A stretch of DNA of 64,000 nucleotides, taken from Azolla caroliniana (taxonomy: Eukaryota; Plantae; Polypodiophyta). Both the position numbers and the translations under genes were made by a program. The notes under the pieces were generated by a model. It ran no database searches, was not told where the DNA came from, and saw nothing but the letters and a program-made list of their open reading frames with translations. The stretch spans positions 15,686,001 to 15,750,000 of the forward strand of contig JBHGNT010000009.1 of assembly GCA_043228905.1 (NCBI GenBank), written 5' to 3'. Positions 52,601 to 63,327 of the stretch are shown here, piece by piece (position 1 is the stretch's first letter; each line of letters starts with the position of its first letter).

Positions 52601-55600
52601 CCATTTAGCAATTCGTGCTGAAATGCTCACATGTTGGAGTACATATGGGAGTAATGACATGCTAGTGATTATTACAAAATGATGAGGTAGTAGAAAGCTT
52701 CTAAACTTTTTACAAGCATATATAAGAGCTAACATCCACTTTTCTATTTCTAAGAATTCTTTCTCTACATCAGACATGGCTTTACTAATAAAATATATAG
52801 GATGCATAAGCCTATTTTCAGAATCTTGTTGCATAAGAATGGCTCCTATAGCATGAGATCCAACACTAAGAGAAAGAAAGAAGGTAGATGTTCTATCAGG
52901 TGGCTTTAGAATAGGAGCATTACATAATAGTTCTTTTATTCTTACATATTGCTCTTCAGTTGTAGATGTCCACAAGAAGTTGTTGGTGCGAAGAATAATG
53001 CGAAAAGGATAGAGAATTTGGGCCAACATATGAATGAATCGTTCAAAGTAACGAACTTTTTGAACAAATACCTCCAAATCTTTGATACTCGTGGGTGTTG
53101 TCATCTTTTGAATTGCTTCAATCTTTGAGCTATCAACTTTGATTCCTTCTTGAGACACCACATGACCAAGCATCACCACCTCCTTTTCACCTATGTGACA
53201 CTTCTCTGGGTTGAGTTGCATTTTGCATTCCTCCAATCTTTTGAATGCCAAGCGAACCTTTTCCAAATGGTCTTTCCTGCTACTATAAATTGCAAAGTCA
53301 TCCATAAAGACTCTAACAAACTTTCCAAAGAATGGTTGGAATACATGAATAGCAAGACGATTAAATGTAAAAACAGCATTTGTGAGTCCAAAGGGCATGC
53401 ATCGATATGCAAAGCATCCCCATGGAGTGATGAATGTCGTCTTCTTTTGATCCTCTTCCGCAATACGAATTTGAAAATAACCTGAATAGCCATCACAAAC
53501 AGAGTACATTTCATGACCCGCAATTTCATCTAATATTTCATCTTGGAAAGGGAGAGGAAAGTGATCCCTCTTGGTAGCCACATTTAGAGGTTTGTAATCA
53601 ACACAAACCCTCCATTTTCCATTCTTTTTAGGTACCACCACAATGGGCGAAACCCATTCAGAATCTTCCACTGGGTAAATGAATTGTGCACGCAACAAAG
53701 CTTTGACTTCCTTTAATAAGGCCTCCTTTTGCACGTGACCTAGCCTTCGCAACTTTTGCGCAACGGGAGTTGTACCCTCCTTTAGATTTATGTGATGTTG
53801 GATGACATCTACACCCCTAATATGAGCATAATCACTAATGAAAAGGTTAGGAAATTCAGAAATCAAATTAATAAATTGTTGCCTCTCTTGCCCTTTAAGA
53901 TCTTTAGAAATCATCTTCTCTTTTTGCTCCATAGTAATTAAACCTCCTTCCTCATCTTCTTCCTTCAAAACGGCATATGATGTGGTCATTTCCCATTCTG
54001 ACGAGGAATCTTCACTTTCATCACTTTCATATGCGGACCCACTATCATATTCAGTTATTCCATCTTCTTCTTTCTCAATAAGTCTTTGTTGCCGCATATC
54101 ATAATGTATGCTCACTCCTTTTGATGGCGTTATGGTCATCAAACCTTTGCTCCAATCTTGGACAACATTGAGTTCTTGCATCCATGGTCGTCCTAGTACC
54201 AAAGAATATGACGGTCCTTTTAGGGGTATTACATGAAAATCCATGGAAATGCTTACCCCAAAACACTTGATGACAACATCCTCCACTATGCCAATGCAAT
54301 GGACCACTCCACCATCGGCTACAGCCACTCTTGCCGAAGATGACCTACTTATAGGAATTCCCACTTTGTTTACCACAAATTCAGAAATCAAGCTTACTCT
54401 AGCACCACTATCAACCAACGCATCTTTGATGTGAAACCCTTTGATGGAGACGGGGATGGTGGGTCGTATGTCCTTTCGATCTTCTACTCGCACGATTCCC
54501 ACATAATGCACAGTCTTCCGACTTTGGCGAATACTTGCAAGTCGCCCCCACTCCTTTCGTAATGTGGGAGATAATTGGAGAAGTTGCGGCCATGTTATCC
54601 TTGGTCCACTTGAAATCAACTCATGCTTCAAATTGAAAGCTTCTACACCTTCACCCATAGGAATGTCCTCCATCTTGATCTTTCTTCTAGAGTGTCTCCT
54701 TCTCAATTTTTCCTCTTTCTCATTCTCCTTAGACTTCTTCTTTTGTCTTGAGGCACTAGATTCTCCTTCAACTTCTTTCTCCTTTTGCGAGGACCTTGTC
54801 CTTTTCACAGGAGCTACTTCAAAAGAATTATCACTATCATCAATAAAATTAAGAAGATTCACATTATGAGGAATTGTAGGAACTTGAGCCATAGGGAGTG
54901 TTACGTTTCCTTCGACTTCATTGTTGTTAGGTCGTTGTCCATTCCTTTGCACGTGATAAATGCCTCTTCCCATGCCTCTTTGTTGTCGATGAGGACATCT
55001 TGTTGAGATGTGTCCCTCCTCTTGACAAGAATAACAAATTACATCGTGATGCCCTCTAGAGCCACCACCATCGGGAATAGTGTTGTGAATTGCTTGGGAT
55101 TGTCGCAAGTGGGTCATCACTTCATCAAAGCGCCGATTTACCAATGCCATGGTATCTTGTTCACTCCTCACTTGTTCAACTTCTTGGGATATACTTGTTG
55201 GGTTTATTGTTGTGGTGGTATACACATTTGGAAACACTTGTCCCCCATGCACAATTGAAGATGAGGCTTGAAAGTTGGCACGAGGCATCAAATTTGCACC
55301 CAAAGCCGTCATTTGGGGATCCCCCAAGGAGCTCATCATCTTCACTTGTCGATCATAAGCTTGACAAACTTGGATAAGAGCTTGAAACGATGTGGGATCC
55401 TTCAAGTTTGCTTCCAAACGGAAATACATATCAAGACCCATCTTGAATCGTTCCATTTTAAACCACTCGTCTTCAGTGCCGCCACGAAGACGAATCCATG
55501 TAGTCCACAAATCCTTGAAATTTCTTTCATACTCAGTGAAACCAATTGGTGATTCCATCTTTAGTCGAAATAGCTCTTCCCTTACTTCGGTTGCACTTCG

Positions 55601-56665
55601 TCGTTGAATATATTTGGCACGAAACTGGTGCACCAACAATTGATATGCTCCCTGTTGGTTTGGAGGAAGAGAGTCATACCAATCTCGAGCTCGACCATAG
55701 AATGTAGCTACTAATAAAGGTAACTTCTCATTGTCGGTGATGCGTCCAATAGAGACAGCATGATGCTCAAAAGATGCCAAAAAGGCACCCGCATCTTGTG
55801 TTCTTTCACCTGAAAATGCAAATTGCATAGCTAAGTTAATGTAATATAGTAACACAATTAAATGATAAGTTCTCCCTCCTATACGGAAAGGATCCGCCCT
55901 CCCTGGAGCGCCAAAATGATAGGGTGTATAAGATAATAGATAGTTATACACTATATGAGGGCTTGACCAAACCGATTAGATGGAGTTGAAAATCATAATA
56001 TATTATATAGCTCTAGGTAATTATGATTAGAGAGTATAACTCAAGAAACTAAGAAAAAAGATAGAGAAGGCGAGCAAGAAATAAGAATGTTCTGATATTC
56101 CAACATCAAGAGAATACAAAGGAGACAAACTCCACATTGAACTAAAACCAAAGACCTTCCTCTTCTAAGACACTTCCTCTTCCACAAAGACACTTCTTCC
56201 TAACACTCCTCATCCACTCTTTGGCCTTCACTCTTAGCCCCTCTCCTCACTAATATCACTTCTTCTTTTATAACCTTCCTCTTCTTATCCACGTTCATGC
56301 TATTTTTAGAAGCTTTTTATCTCCCTATTTTTAGCTATGACACATCGACCTTCTAATCGTCATATCTCCCTCATCCGATATCCAAATTAAGCGATTTAAA
56401 AAGCTATAGAAAGCTCTTTTTACAAGCTTTCTAATCCATATTTAAACGTGATATTTGGATAAACAACGAGGGAGTTATGACCATTCTATTTTTACTGTTT
56501 TTTATAGTCTGCGTTTTCTCTTTTTACTTTTCTCTTGGTCTCGTACTTTTACTTTTGACTTCTTCCCTAAGGTCTTAGTTCGTGTTCTTATCCTCAAAAG
56601 GTGAATTATCTATACTTTATATTCTCCTAATGTTCAATGGCTTAGATTCTAAAAACACTTTCACA
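49659..56665 (-). mobile_element. Intact Ty3/Gypsy LTR retrotransposon (Tat-like, additional RNase H)
   Basis: 749-bp LTRs at 49659-50407 and 55917-56665, with one mismatch seen by eye. TSD CTAAT. PBS TGGCGCTCCAGGGAGG (tRNA-Arg-like, inferred). PPT AAGGGGGAGGG at ~50413-50423. Single open ORF. Confidence 0.97.
50669..55828 (-). CDS. Gypsy gag-pol polyprotein (gag, CCHC, protease, RT, RNase H, additional RNase H, integrase)
   Basis: CYSCQEEGHISTRC; ALVDSGA; WVSPIVVVPKKNGKWRVCVDY, DGYSGYFQI, FMDDF; second RNase H FFDGA..SNNEAEY..GDSLLV..NKEADALA; integrase H..GGH..CDACQ, WGIDAVGP, PQANGAVE, KWEGPF. Start placed at the first ATG downstream of the PBS. Confidence 0.95.
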   Translation of the reverse strand: MQFAFSGERTQDAGAFLASFEHHAVSIGRITDNEKLPLLVATFYGRARDWYDSLPPNQQGAYQLLVHQFRAKYIQRRSATEVREELFRLKMESPIGFTEYERNFKDLWTTWIRLRGGTEDEWFKMERFKMGLDMYFRLEANLKDPTSFQALIQVCQAYDRQVKMMSSLGDPQMTALGANLMPRANFQASSSIVHGGQVFPNVYTTTTINPTSISQEVEQVRSEQDTMALVNRRFDEVMTHLRQSQAIHNTIPDGGGSRGHHDVICYSCQEEGHISTRCPHRQQRGMGRGIYHVQRNGQRPNNNEVEGNVTLPMAQVPTIPHNVNLLNFIDDSDNSFEVAPVKRTRSSQKEKEVEGESSASRQKKKSKENEKEEKLRRRHSRRKIKMEDIPMGEGVEAFNLKHELISSGPRITWPQLLQLSPTLRKEWGRLASIRQSRKTVHYVGIVRVEDRKDIRPTIPVSIKGFHIKDALVDSGARVSLISEFVVNKVGIPISRSSSARVAVADGGVVHCIGIVEDVVIKCFGVSISMDFHVIPLKGPSYSLVLGRPWMQELNVVQDWSKGLMTITPSKGVSIHYDMRQQRLIEKEEDGITEYDSGSAYESDESEDSSSEWEMTTSYAVLKEEDEEGGLITMEQKEKMISKDLKGQERQQFINLISEFPNLFISDYAHIRGVDVIQHHINLKEGTTPVAQKLRRLGHVQKEALLKEVKALLRAQFIYPVEDSEWVSPIVVVPKKNGKWRVCVDYKPLNVATKRDHFPLPFQDEILDEIAGHEMYSVCDGYSGYFQIRIAEEDQKKTTFITPWGCFAYRCMPFGLTNAVFTFNRLAIHVFQPFFGKFVRVFMDDFAIYSSRKDHLEKVRLAFKRLEECKMQLNPEKCHIGEKEVVMLGHVVSQEGIKVDSSKIEAIQKMTTPTSIKDLEVFVQKVRYFERFIHMLAQILYPFRIILRTNNFLWTSTTEEQYVRIKELLCNAPILKPPDRTSTFFLSLSVGSHAIGAILMQQDSENRLMHPIYFISKAMSDVEKEFLEIEKWMLALIYACKKFRSFLLPHHFVIITSMSLLPYVLQHVSISARIAKWALLLAEFDFEVKLESTMRAELADLLTFRETFHEEDLVKLRKALPEPDMEDAFTLFFDGAFRKATNIVVGGIILKDPQGDRVKSEGITLSGVNSNNEAEYATLCYGLRLCKAMKIKRLILKGDSLLVIKQIQGNWKCQSDGLRNFYKEAMSLLRSFEKIQVKHVGRLYNKEADALAQAQLDKIKEGFVGVLETCKDVDSLEEVHNFLNKGEFPNNLNALQRKRLVAKASQYHLVGEDLYNKGKDGVLRRVPNKSEIIKILFKLHEEVCGGHLAHDIMIRKILLIGFTWPTIHRDVHDWCRSCDACQKAGIRHLQSGPLQPIVVFAPFEKWGIDAVGPLPKTQHGKEFILVAIDYMTKWVEAIATSSIKAKDVAQFVYKNICTRFGVPMEIVSDHGPGFRSEMLACLLSKLKIKHRYSTPYYPQANGAVEKVNGLIVKNLTKLVQDKVRTWDRYLDDTLWAYRVSYKSSTGFTPFYLVYGKEALLPIELEIKSNRQMEASHRSKGNDVMSRLASNHLLQYSREEAVEHYLNQAMKRKEAYDKKHKGDHIEEGSLVLRYDNRYDYIQGQKLDNKWEGPFVVHKKYDNGSYQLKDVDGALHSYRVNGWRLKKYVTRGPTYIPQVTNDIIDTDGWEQEVDLFPHTLFS

Positions 56666-57149
56666 CTAATGTTTTGTATTAAAGATGTGGCCATGAATGA
56701 ACCAATGATTGAAAAGGCTTATATTTAAAATGGTGGGCATGAATGAACCAACGATTAAGAAGTTCTATATTAAATATGGGTGCCATTAATTAACCAATGT
56801 TTTTAACTTTAAACCAACATATATATGGCTTGGTAATGATTGTAATTATATTATACTTTATGGCTAAAGTAAACTTAATTTAAATTATATATTATAGGAT
56901 TAGGAAGGTATAAAATATAATTGATTCAACTTTATACTGACTAGTTTAAGTAATTATTAATATGTTGAATAAAATTATTATATTTTAAATAATATCTTTA
57001 TTTATTGTATTAATATAATATTAAATAATATAGACATTATATTGAGGGAGTTTTTGTTTAGAGAGGAGTTTATGTTTAGAGAGGAGCTTATCAGTTTTTT
57101 ATATTAGCCCAAGCTCATAACTTAAAGAGCTCTGTGTGGACCTTAAGCC

Positions 57150-59933
57150 ATGAGTGAAGACTCATCGTTCTCGATTGAAGTATATTGTTTGTCATCAGAC
57201 CCTTCGTTTTCTGCCGAAGAGTATTGTCTGTCGACAAACTAACCATTTTCTATCAAAGAATATTGTCTGTCGACAGACTCACTCATTTCTATCGAAGAGT
57301 ATTGTCTAAGCTCATCTTCACCTACAACACATGTGAATAATGACAATGTGAAGAGTTCTCTATTGAAGAATACGATATTAATAAAGATATGGAGAATGAA
57401 GATAGTGTCAATGAAACATTGAATATCATGGGCGATGGTCACAACAAAGAATTGGATTGTAACAAGGTTACACCAACTTCTATGCAGGAAGAGAAATCTG
57501 GAAGCCCTATGCATATTAGAAGAATCTCACATAGAATTCGTCTGGCCAGATTTAACTTGGTGACATCAGATAAGCAAATTGGATTTGATGTCAACAAAAT
57601 ATGTTGTGCCCGTAGTTGTATGTCTATGATTGGAAAATCAAAGTTGCGAGAATTAAGGCGATACTATTTTTCGATGACTGGTGATGAGCAAGACACTTAC
57701 CTCAGGTCACATATGCAACTAGTGTCTGACAAATGTATGGGGATCAAAGTATCATTCGAGTATTATATCTTCCATGCGCAATAGATATGTGGAGTTGCAT
57801 TCAAAATTGCGTTATGTGTTAGTAGCATGCTGCTACATAGAGTACAACAACGTCTACTTAGCAGGGATCAGATGCTCAATTGTAAAGAGGTTCCAAGTAT
57901 GAAAGGTGCAATTGGAGGACATGCTATTGGTTGCATGAAAAGTTACTTTCAGTTAAATTGTGAAGTAATGCCCACTATAGGTAGGACGCAACTCTCTAAT
58001 AATTACACACGTCGGGAATTTGATGATGTCTATCAATCTGATATGGTGGGCTCACGTAATAAATCTGTCACATATAACCAATTCACAAGATTATGGAGAG
58101 CTCGGTTTTCAAATGTTATCATTCCATGTAAAGTACGCATGGGGTATTGCTCCATTTGTGCAAATCTTAAAAGTTTGGCTAAAGTTGCAAAGACATCAAT
58201 GGAAAAGGATATAAGTAAGAAGTTACTATAGGAGCATCATGAGGCACAATCGTTAGAACGAAAGAAAGCAATGCATCATAGAGAGAAGTGTTTGAAGAGG
58301 CCCGAACAATACATGTGCTTAATGATAGATGGCATGGACCAGAAGAAGACGTGCTTGCCGCATATGCGGAGGCTCCCCAAAGACGTCAATGATGAGTGCC
58401 TTGTTCAAATGCACTTGGTGGGATGCTTGGCTTATAATAGGTCAGTTGGACCTCACATCTTCATTACATACCCCAATGTTCACAATGAGCCTAACCTAAC
58501 AGTTACAATGATTCACTGAGTTTTGATGTCTTGGGGCCAACTGTTCCCCCCTGTTCTATACATTCAATTGGACAATACTGCTAGAGAGAACAAAAATTCA
58601 ACTGTGTTTGGTTATCTAAGTATGTTGGTCAACCAAGGATTGTTTAGAAAAGTGAAAGTTAATTTTCTTTTGGTTTGCCACACACATGATCATATAGATA
58701 AGATGTTTAGCACATTCTCTAGACAGTTGTCTCAGCATGATGGTTTCACATTACCAAAACTATTTGATGTCATTTGTGATGCATATACACCACACCCAAA
58801 AGTGTTACACTTGAAGGAGGTATATGACTTTAAGAGATATATATCAGATGGGGGTGTTGGGAATGTTAAAGTGCTCGCCCAGTTAAACAATATAAGCTTC
58901 AATCACATTTTTATGACAAAGAAAAATGAAATAAGTGGTTCTACACTTTTGTATGCTAAACAATATTCATCTTCTACAACATGGGAACCTGAAGGTGGTT
59001 GCCAATTATTACTTTGTATGCCGAGTACAATTGTCCATAGAGCTAAACAAATGCCAATTGAGAAGAAACGACAGTTGCATAGTGACTTGGTATCGGAACA
59101 AAAATTGTTATGGCTCCAAGCCTTAGAAGAAAAAAGAAAGCATATTGAGGTTGCCAAGAAATATGCCGCACAACAAGACATGTCATGGTGGGATGTAGTT
59201 TTTAGCGATTAGAAAGGAATTATAGACAATTGTGTATTTGGTGATAATTGGAATTTGGAAATGCCATTCACATGGTTGCTACAACATGATCGTGTAAATA
59301 AAACTCTGGAGCAACCAACAAATGTGATTAATGACAGTTTGGTCCATCCACAACAAAGAGACATTTATGTGGGACCAAGGATGACCAAAGCACCTGAAGC
59401 TAGATGGCAAGGCAATTTGCAAGAGCTCGTGGTGGGGATGTTGATTGCAACACCGGCTGATGAGAACTCACATGGCCACCAATTTTGGGTTGGTAAAATT
59501 CTAGAAGTGCTAATACATGAAATAGAAAACACGATCAAGTCTATAAATGTTCATTGGTACAACACTAGAAGTGCAAATGCTTTTACAGGTAAGTATACAT
59601 TGGAGATGATTGAATGCCCAATGACAAGGGGAGGTAGGAAGAGGAAGCGAAACATTCGTAACACCTCGACTTGATATCTCTGATGTGGATATCATTGTGT
59701 ACGACTTCACGCTTACAAAAGTCGGACAATTAAAGAAGTCAACAATAGATATAATAAAAGAAAATTTACGAGGTCTACAAGGTGGCTCGAGTCGAAGGCA
59801 AACGAGATCTGCTACATATAATCTAGAGTCAAACCATTTGGTTTATGACGAAGATAATGCACTCATTGGTACATCCGAGGATGCCGAGGAGGAATCGTCA
59901 TTGTATATTAGTTATAGTAGTGATTCTCCGTAA
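57150..59933 (+). pseudogene. Sola1-like DDD transposase with several stops and frameshifts
   Basis: CCARSC, CEVMP, YCSICANL, MIDGMDQKKTCLP, LYIQLDNTARENKN, FLLVCHTHDHIDKMFS. C-terminal FWVGKI..VHWY domain. Superfamily assignment is from motif recall. Confidence 0.75.
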
Positions 59934-61089
59934 AGGAGTGATCATGAATGTATTTTTGGCTATTAAGTGTAACTACATTCCGCTTGTAACAAATCGAGTA
60001 ATATAAAAGCATGTGTTTTGAATTCTTAGGATTTCTAAAAAATCGTTTCTTATAAAATAACATTGGTTGTAAAGTTCGTGATATAAATTGAGAATGTAAC
60101 TTTTTGAAATTCCTCTTTTTTTATTTATTTCTAAATCACGAAAATAGTGGATTTTTAACCTTTTTCATAGTATATTTGAACATGTATGATACTAGTATCA
60201 ATGTGATTTGTAAAAACATTGAAAAAGTACTAAAATCAACCAAAATATTTCTTATCCTTCCATTTATGATCCTTCCACTTGTGAACGCGAATGTGTTACT
60301 TCTGATCTTCGCGTTACCCTTTATTTTTTAGGGGCACCATGGGCGATCATTTTTACTTGCGGTCGCTCTATTTTTTGTTTAGCTCGTTCTTTTTCATATT
60401 ACATCACATGGGAGTCGGGGTTTCTCTTTCTCATTTCTTTTGTTTTTGGTTTTGATTGTTATTTTTTTGGTAATCTCGGTTTGTCTTTTGCTTTTCTTTT
60501 CTTTTGTTTCTATTTTATTTTATTTTTTTGATTGGTTGTTTTTTGTGCTTTTTCTTTCATTTTGTTTTGTTGTTTTCTTCTCCCCACCTCTATCTCCCTC
60601 ACAACCCTTTCTTTTCTCCCTCCTTTCCCCTCACGCTTCCTGTCGTCGTTTAGGAACATTCGCTCTCCTCCTCTCCCTCTCCACGTCGCTTCTAACCATG
60701 CCTCACGAATATCCCCCCCCCCATGTTACACCCAGCCCCTCTCATTTTGCTCTCTCCCTCGTTTTCTCCTTCATCACTCTCCTTCCTGCCTCCCGAGCGT
60801 CGTTGCTCGCCACCACCTCCGCCTGTCGCGCACTCCCTCGGGTAGGTCTAAAATCTGTTTTTTTCTCTCCTCTCTCTCCATTCTCTCACTCGACCCCTCC
60901 CAATGCAGCCTATTGCCTACGAATTTACCCGCCTCTTGTGGTGGCCACGACGGCTCCAACATCTTTCTACAGTCCTCTCGCCGTAGACGGTCCCTTAGGA
61001 CTACTCCACTCGCAAGCTCCTTGCCCCCAAGTCCCCTCATTGAACCACCCCCAATTCGACGAGCGAACCGTTTCCCTCCCAATTGATGC

Positions 61090-61445
61090 ACAAATTCGAA
61101 GAGACACGCTCTTCGAACCGCACGCCCTCGGTTCGAAGAGTACGACTCTTCGAACTGCGCACAAGTTCGAAGAGAGGCGCTCTTCGAACCGCGCGCCCCC
61201 GATTCGAGGAGTATGACTCTTCGAACCATGCACAGATTCGAAGAGTACGACTCCTCGAATCACGCATAGGTTCGAAGAGAGGTGCTCTTCGAACCGTGCA
61301 CAGGTTCAAAGAGAGGTGCTCTTCGAACCACGCACCCCCGGTTCGAAGAGTGAAACTCTTCGAACCCCTCACCCTTGGTTCGAAGAGCGAGGCTCCTCAA
61401 ACCCCCCCTCCTAGTTCTTCGAAGAGCTAGGCACTCTTCAAACCA
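61090..61445. repeat. Array of alternating inverted repeats CTCTTCGAACC / GGTTCGAAGAG
   Basis: More than 15 TTCGAA-type cores at 16-22-bp spacing form serial hairpins. Confidence 0.9.
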
Positions 61446-61819
61446 GGTGTCAAAAAATAAAAAGTAAAAAAGAAAAAGAAAAATAATATCTAAATAATAT
61501 TATTCCTCAATCACCTCCTCCTATTTTCAAAATAATAATAATAATAATAGAATAAAATAGAAACAAAAATAAAAATAAAATCAAATCAAATCAAATAGAA
61601 TAAATTTAAATACAAAAAAAAAGATAAAATAAAATAATTATATATATATATAATATAATAAAATAACATATAAATGAATAAATAACTAGATAACTAAGCC
61701 TACATCAATATATTAATAAAATATCGTTAACAGTACCACCACGTCAACACAAGGGTGTGTAAGAGTTGGTACACTCCAATACACCTTGTACTAATCTTTG
61801 TCCTAGTAGGTCATAATCG

Positions 61820-62400
61820 ATGGCGTTCACCCCATTCACCAAGCTCCTCCCCGCGTACTACCCCGACGCTAGTTGTGGCTCCCTGGTCATTCAAGCCGAG
61901 TTCAACAACACCTGTTGTACCTACCGGGTACCCACAGCCACCACGCAACTCAAGTACCTCGAGCCTGATGTTTTTGACACCCTTTCACGTCTAGGCCTCA
62001 AGTTCTTCCTTGAGATTGGGCCTTGGGGGGTACTTCTCGAGCTGGTCGACTGGTTCCTCACAGGATACAATCTCGAGACCAGTCATGTTCGCATGCACGC
62101 CTTTGTGTATTCTCCCCTTGTCAAGTTCTAGTTCAACGTCGCCGATGTTTGCACTACGGTACATTTGCCAATGGACGGAATTCCCTTTCACACCATGAGG
62201 TCCCCCCCCGTCACCCCCAACATCATCCCCAGAATCTACACCGAGTATTCTGAATGTTAGGGTTGGCATTTGATTTAAATAAAGGCCCCACTTGTCGTCA
62301 ACTGGTGTCAATGTGTTCCCCGCCAATGTACAAACGGGATTTTGAAACCATGATCGATACATGTTTCTTTCCCGCTTACATCAATTTTGATTGAAACCCC
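61820..62400 (+). pseudogene. Retrotransposon accessory ORF (Athila/Tat extra-ORF-like), decayed
   Basis: RLGLKFFLE..LVDWFLTGYNLETSHV..VKF*FNVADVC..HLPMDG resembles plant retroelement accessory proteins. It lies upstream of the PPT. Confidence 0.45.
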
Positions 62401-63184
62401 CCTTCTCCCTTCGCCGGCTACAACACCCCCACCTAGATAGTTGGCCCTAAGAAGGACTTCTTCACAATGACCGATCAAATGCAGGAAATCCGGTTGCCGC
62501 TACTGAACATTCGTCGTCTTCGCCATCGTCTTCGGCGCCACCCACCCCTCGAGGAACCCCCCTACTCCATCCTTCTTGCCCCCAACGCCCGAAGCTCCTC
62601 TACCACAGTGCACCCGGGAGTGTGCACTCATTAGGTTGGGGGGGTGTTAAGCGATTGGATTGCAACACAACCAGTCATGAATAAGAGCGCATCAACAAGG
62701 ACATAGTATGTGTTGAAGGACCTACGAAGAGGAAACGGCAAGAGGAAAAGATGCTAAGGGACATCCAAGTGTGAAAGGCCCATACCCTAAACGTGAATGC
62801 TATATAAACCACATAGTAGTGGCTTTGTAAGGGTTCTTCCATTTGTAAACATCTCCCAATTGATTAAGAGCTAGAGTTTCCTCTCCTCCTTGTAACCTTT
62901 AAGCTTAAGAGAGATTAGTGAAGTGTTTAGTTAGAGAACACTAATCTCTCTTCCTTGTTGCTAGACCTCTTAGCAAAGAGGGTTAGTAAACATATTCATT
63001 ACTCTTATTGTCTATATTCATTACCCTATTGTTTATGAGAGAGAGCTTGAGAGAGTGAGAGAGATATCGTGCTTAATCATCTATTAATCGTTAAGTGAGT
63101 GTGAGGCTCAGAGGTGTCCGACAACCATCTCCGCCCGATTCGCCTTCAAAAGGGTATACGCTGGTCCGAACTCCGCAAACAACA

Positions 63185-63327
63185 TCGAGGAGCTACCTCC
63201 ATCGATACATAGATCCTACACAGTTACTTATTATAATAATTATTATTACTTTGTTTTTTATACATTATTTCATGAGATGTGCGTGGAACCTCACTTTTTC
63301 TCACATTACACACGCCACACCACGACA
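63185..63327. mobile_element. Terminal fragment of a TGTCG...CGACA-group element
   Basis: Ends cacgaca, followed by tcgg where the host Copia A LTR has ccgg (compare ~43608). Confidence 0.6.

Larger units (their letters stand above)
48911..60319 (+). mobile_element. Sola1-like DDD DNA transposon, interrupted by the Gypsy element
   Basis: Palindromic subterminal repeats at 48930-49125. atgaatgaaccaatgatt repeats continue on both sides of the Gypsy insertion. Transposase remnant at 57150-59933. The 3' end is shared with 23700-24322. The left TIR was not identified. Confidence 0.6.
60320..63184 (+). mobile_element. 3' portion of a large Athila/Tat-type Gypsy element (3' region, accessory ORF, PPT, LTR 62645-63184)
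   Basis: PPT aggttggggggg directly before TGTTAAG...CAACA. The LTR has a TATA box. A long non-coding region with tandem repeats and an extra ORF lies upstream. Confidence 0.65.

Noticed and set aside
55829-55951. N-terminal extension of the 1760-aa ORF
   Set aside because: It runs through the PBS into the 5' LTR from a GTG. The first downstream ATG (55828) is more plausible.
60440-61216. 258-aa hydrophobic ORF (env-like or membrane protein?)
   Set aside because: Non-ATG start. The F/L/S/P content reflects T- and CT-rich low-complexity sequence and the TTCGAA repeats.
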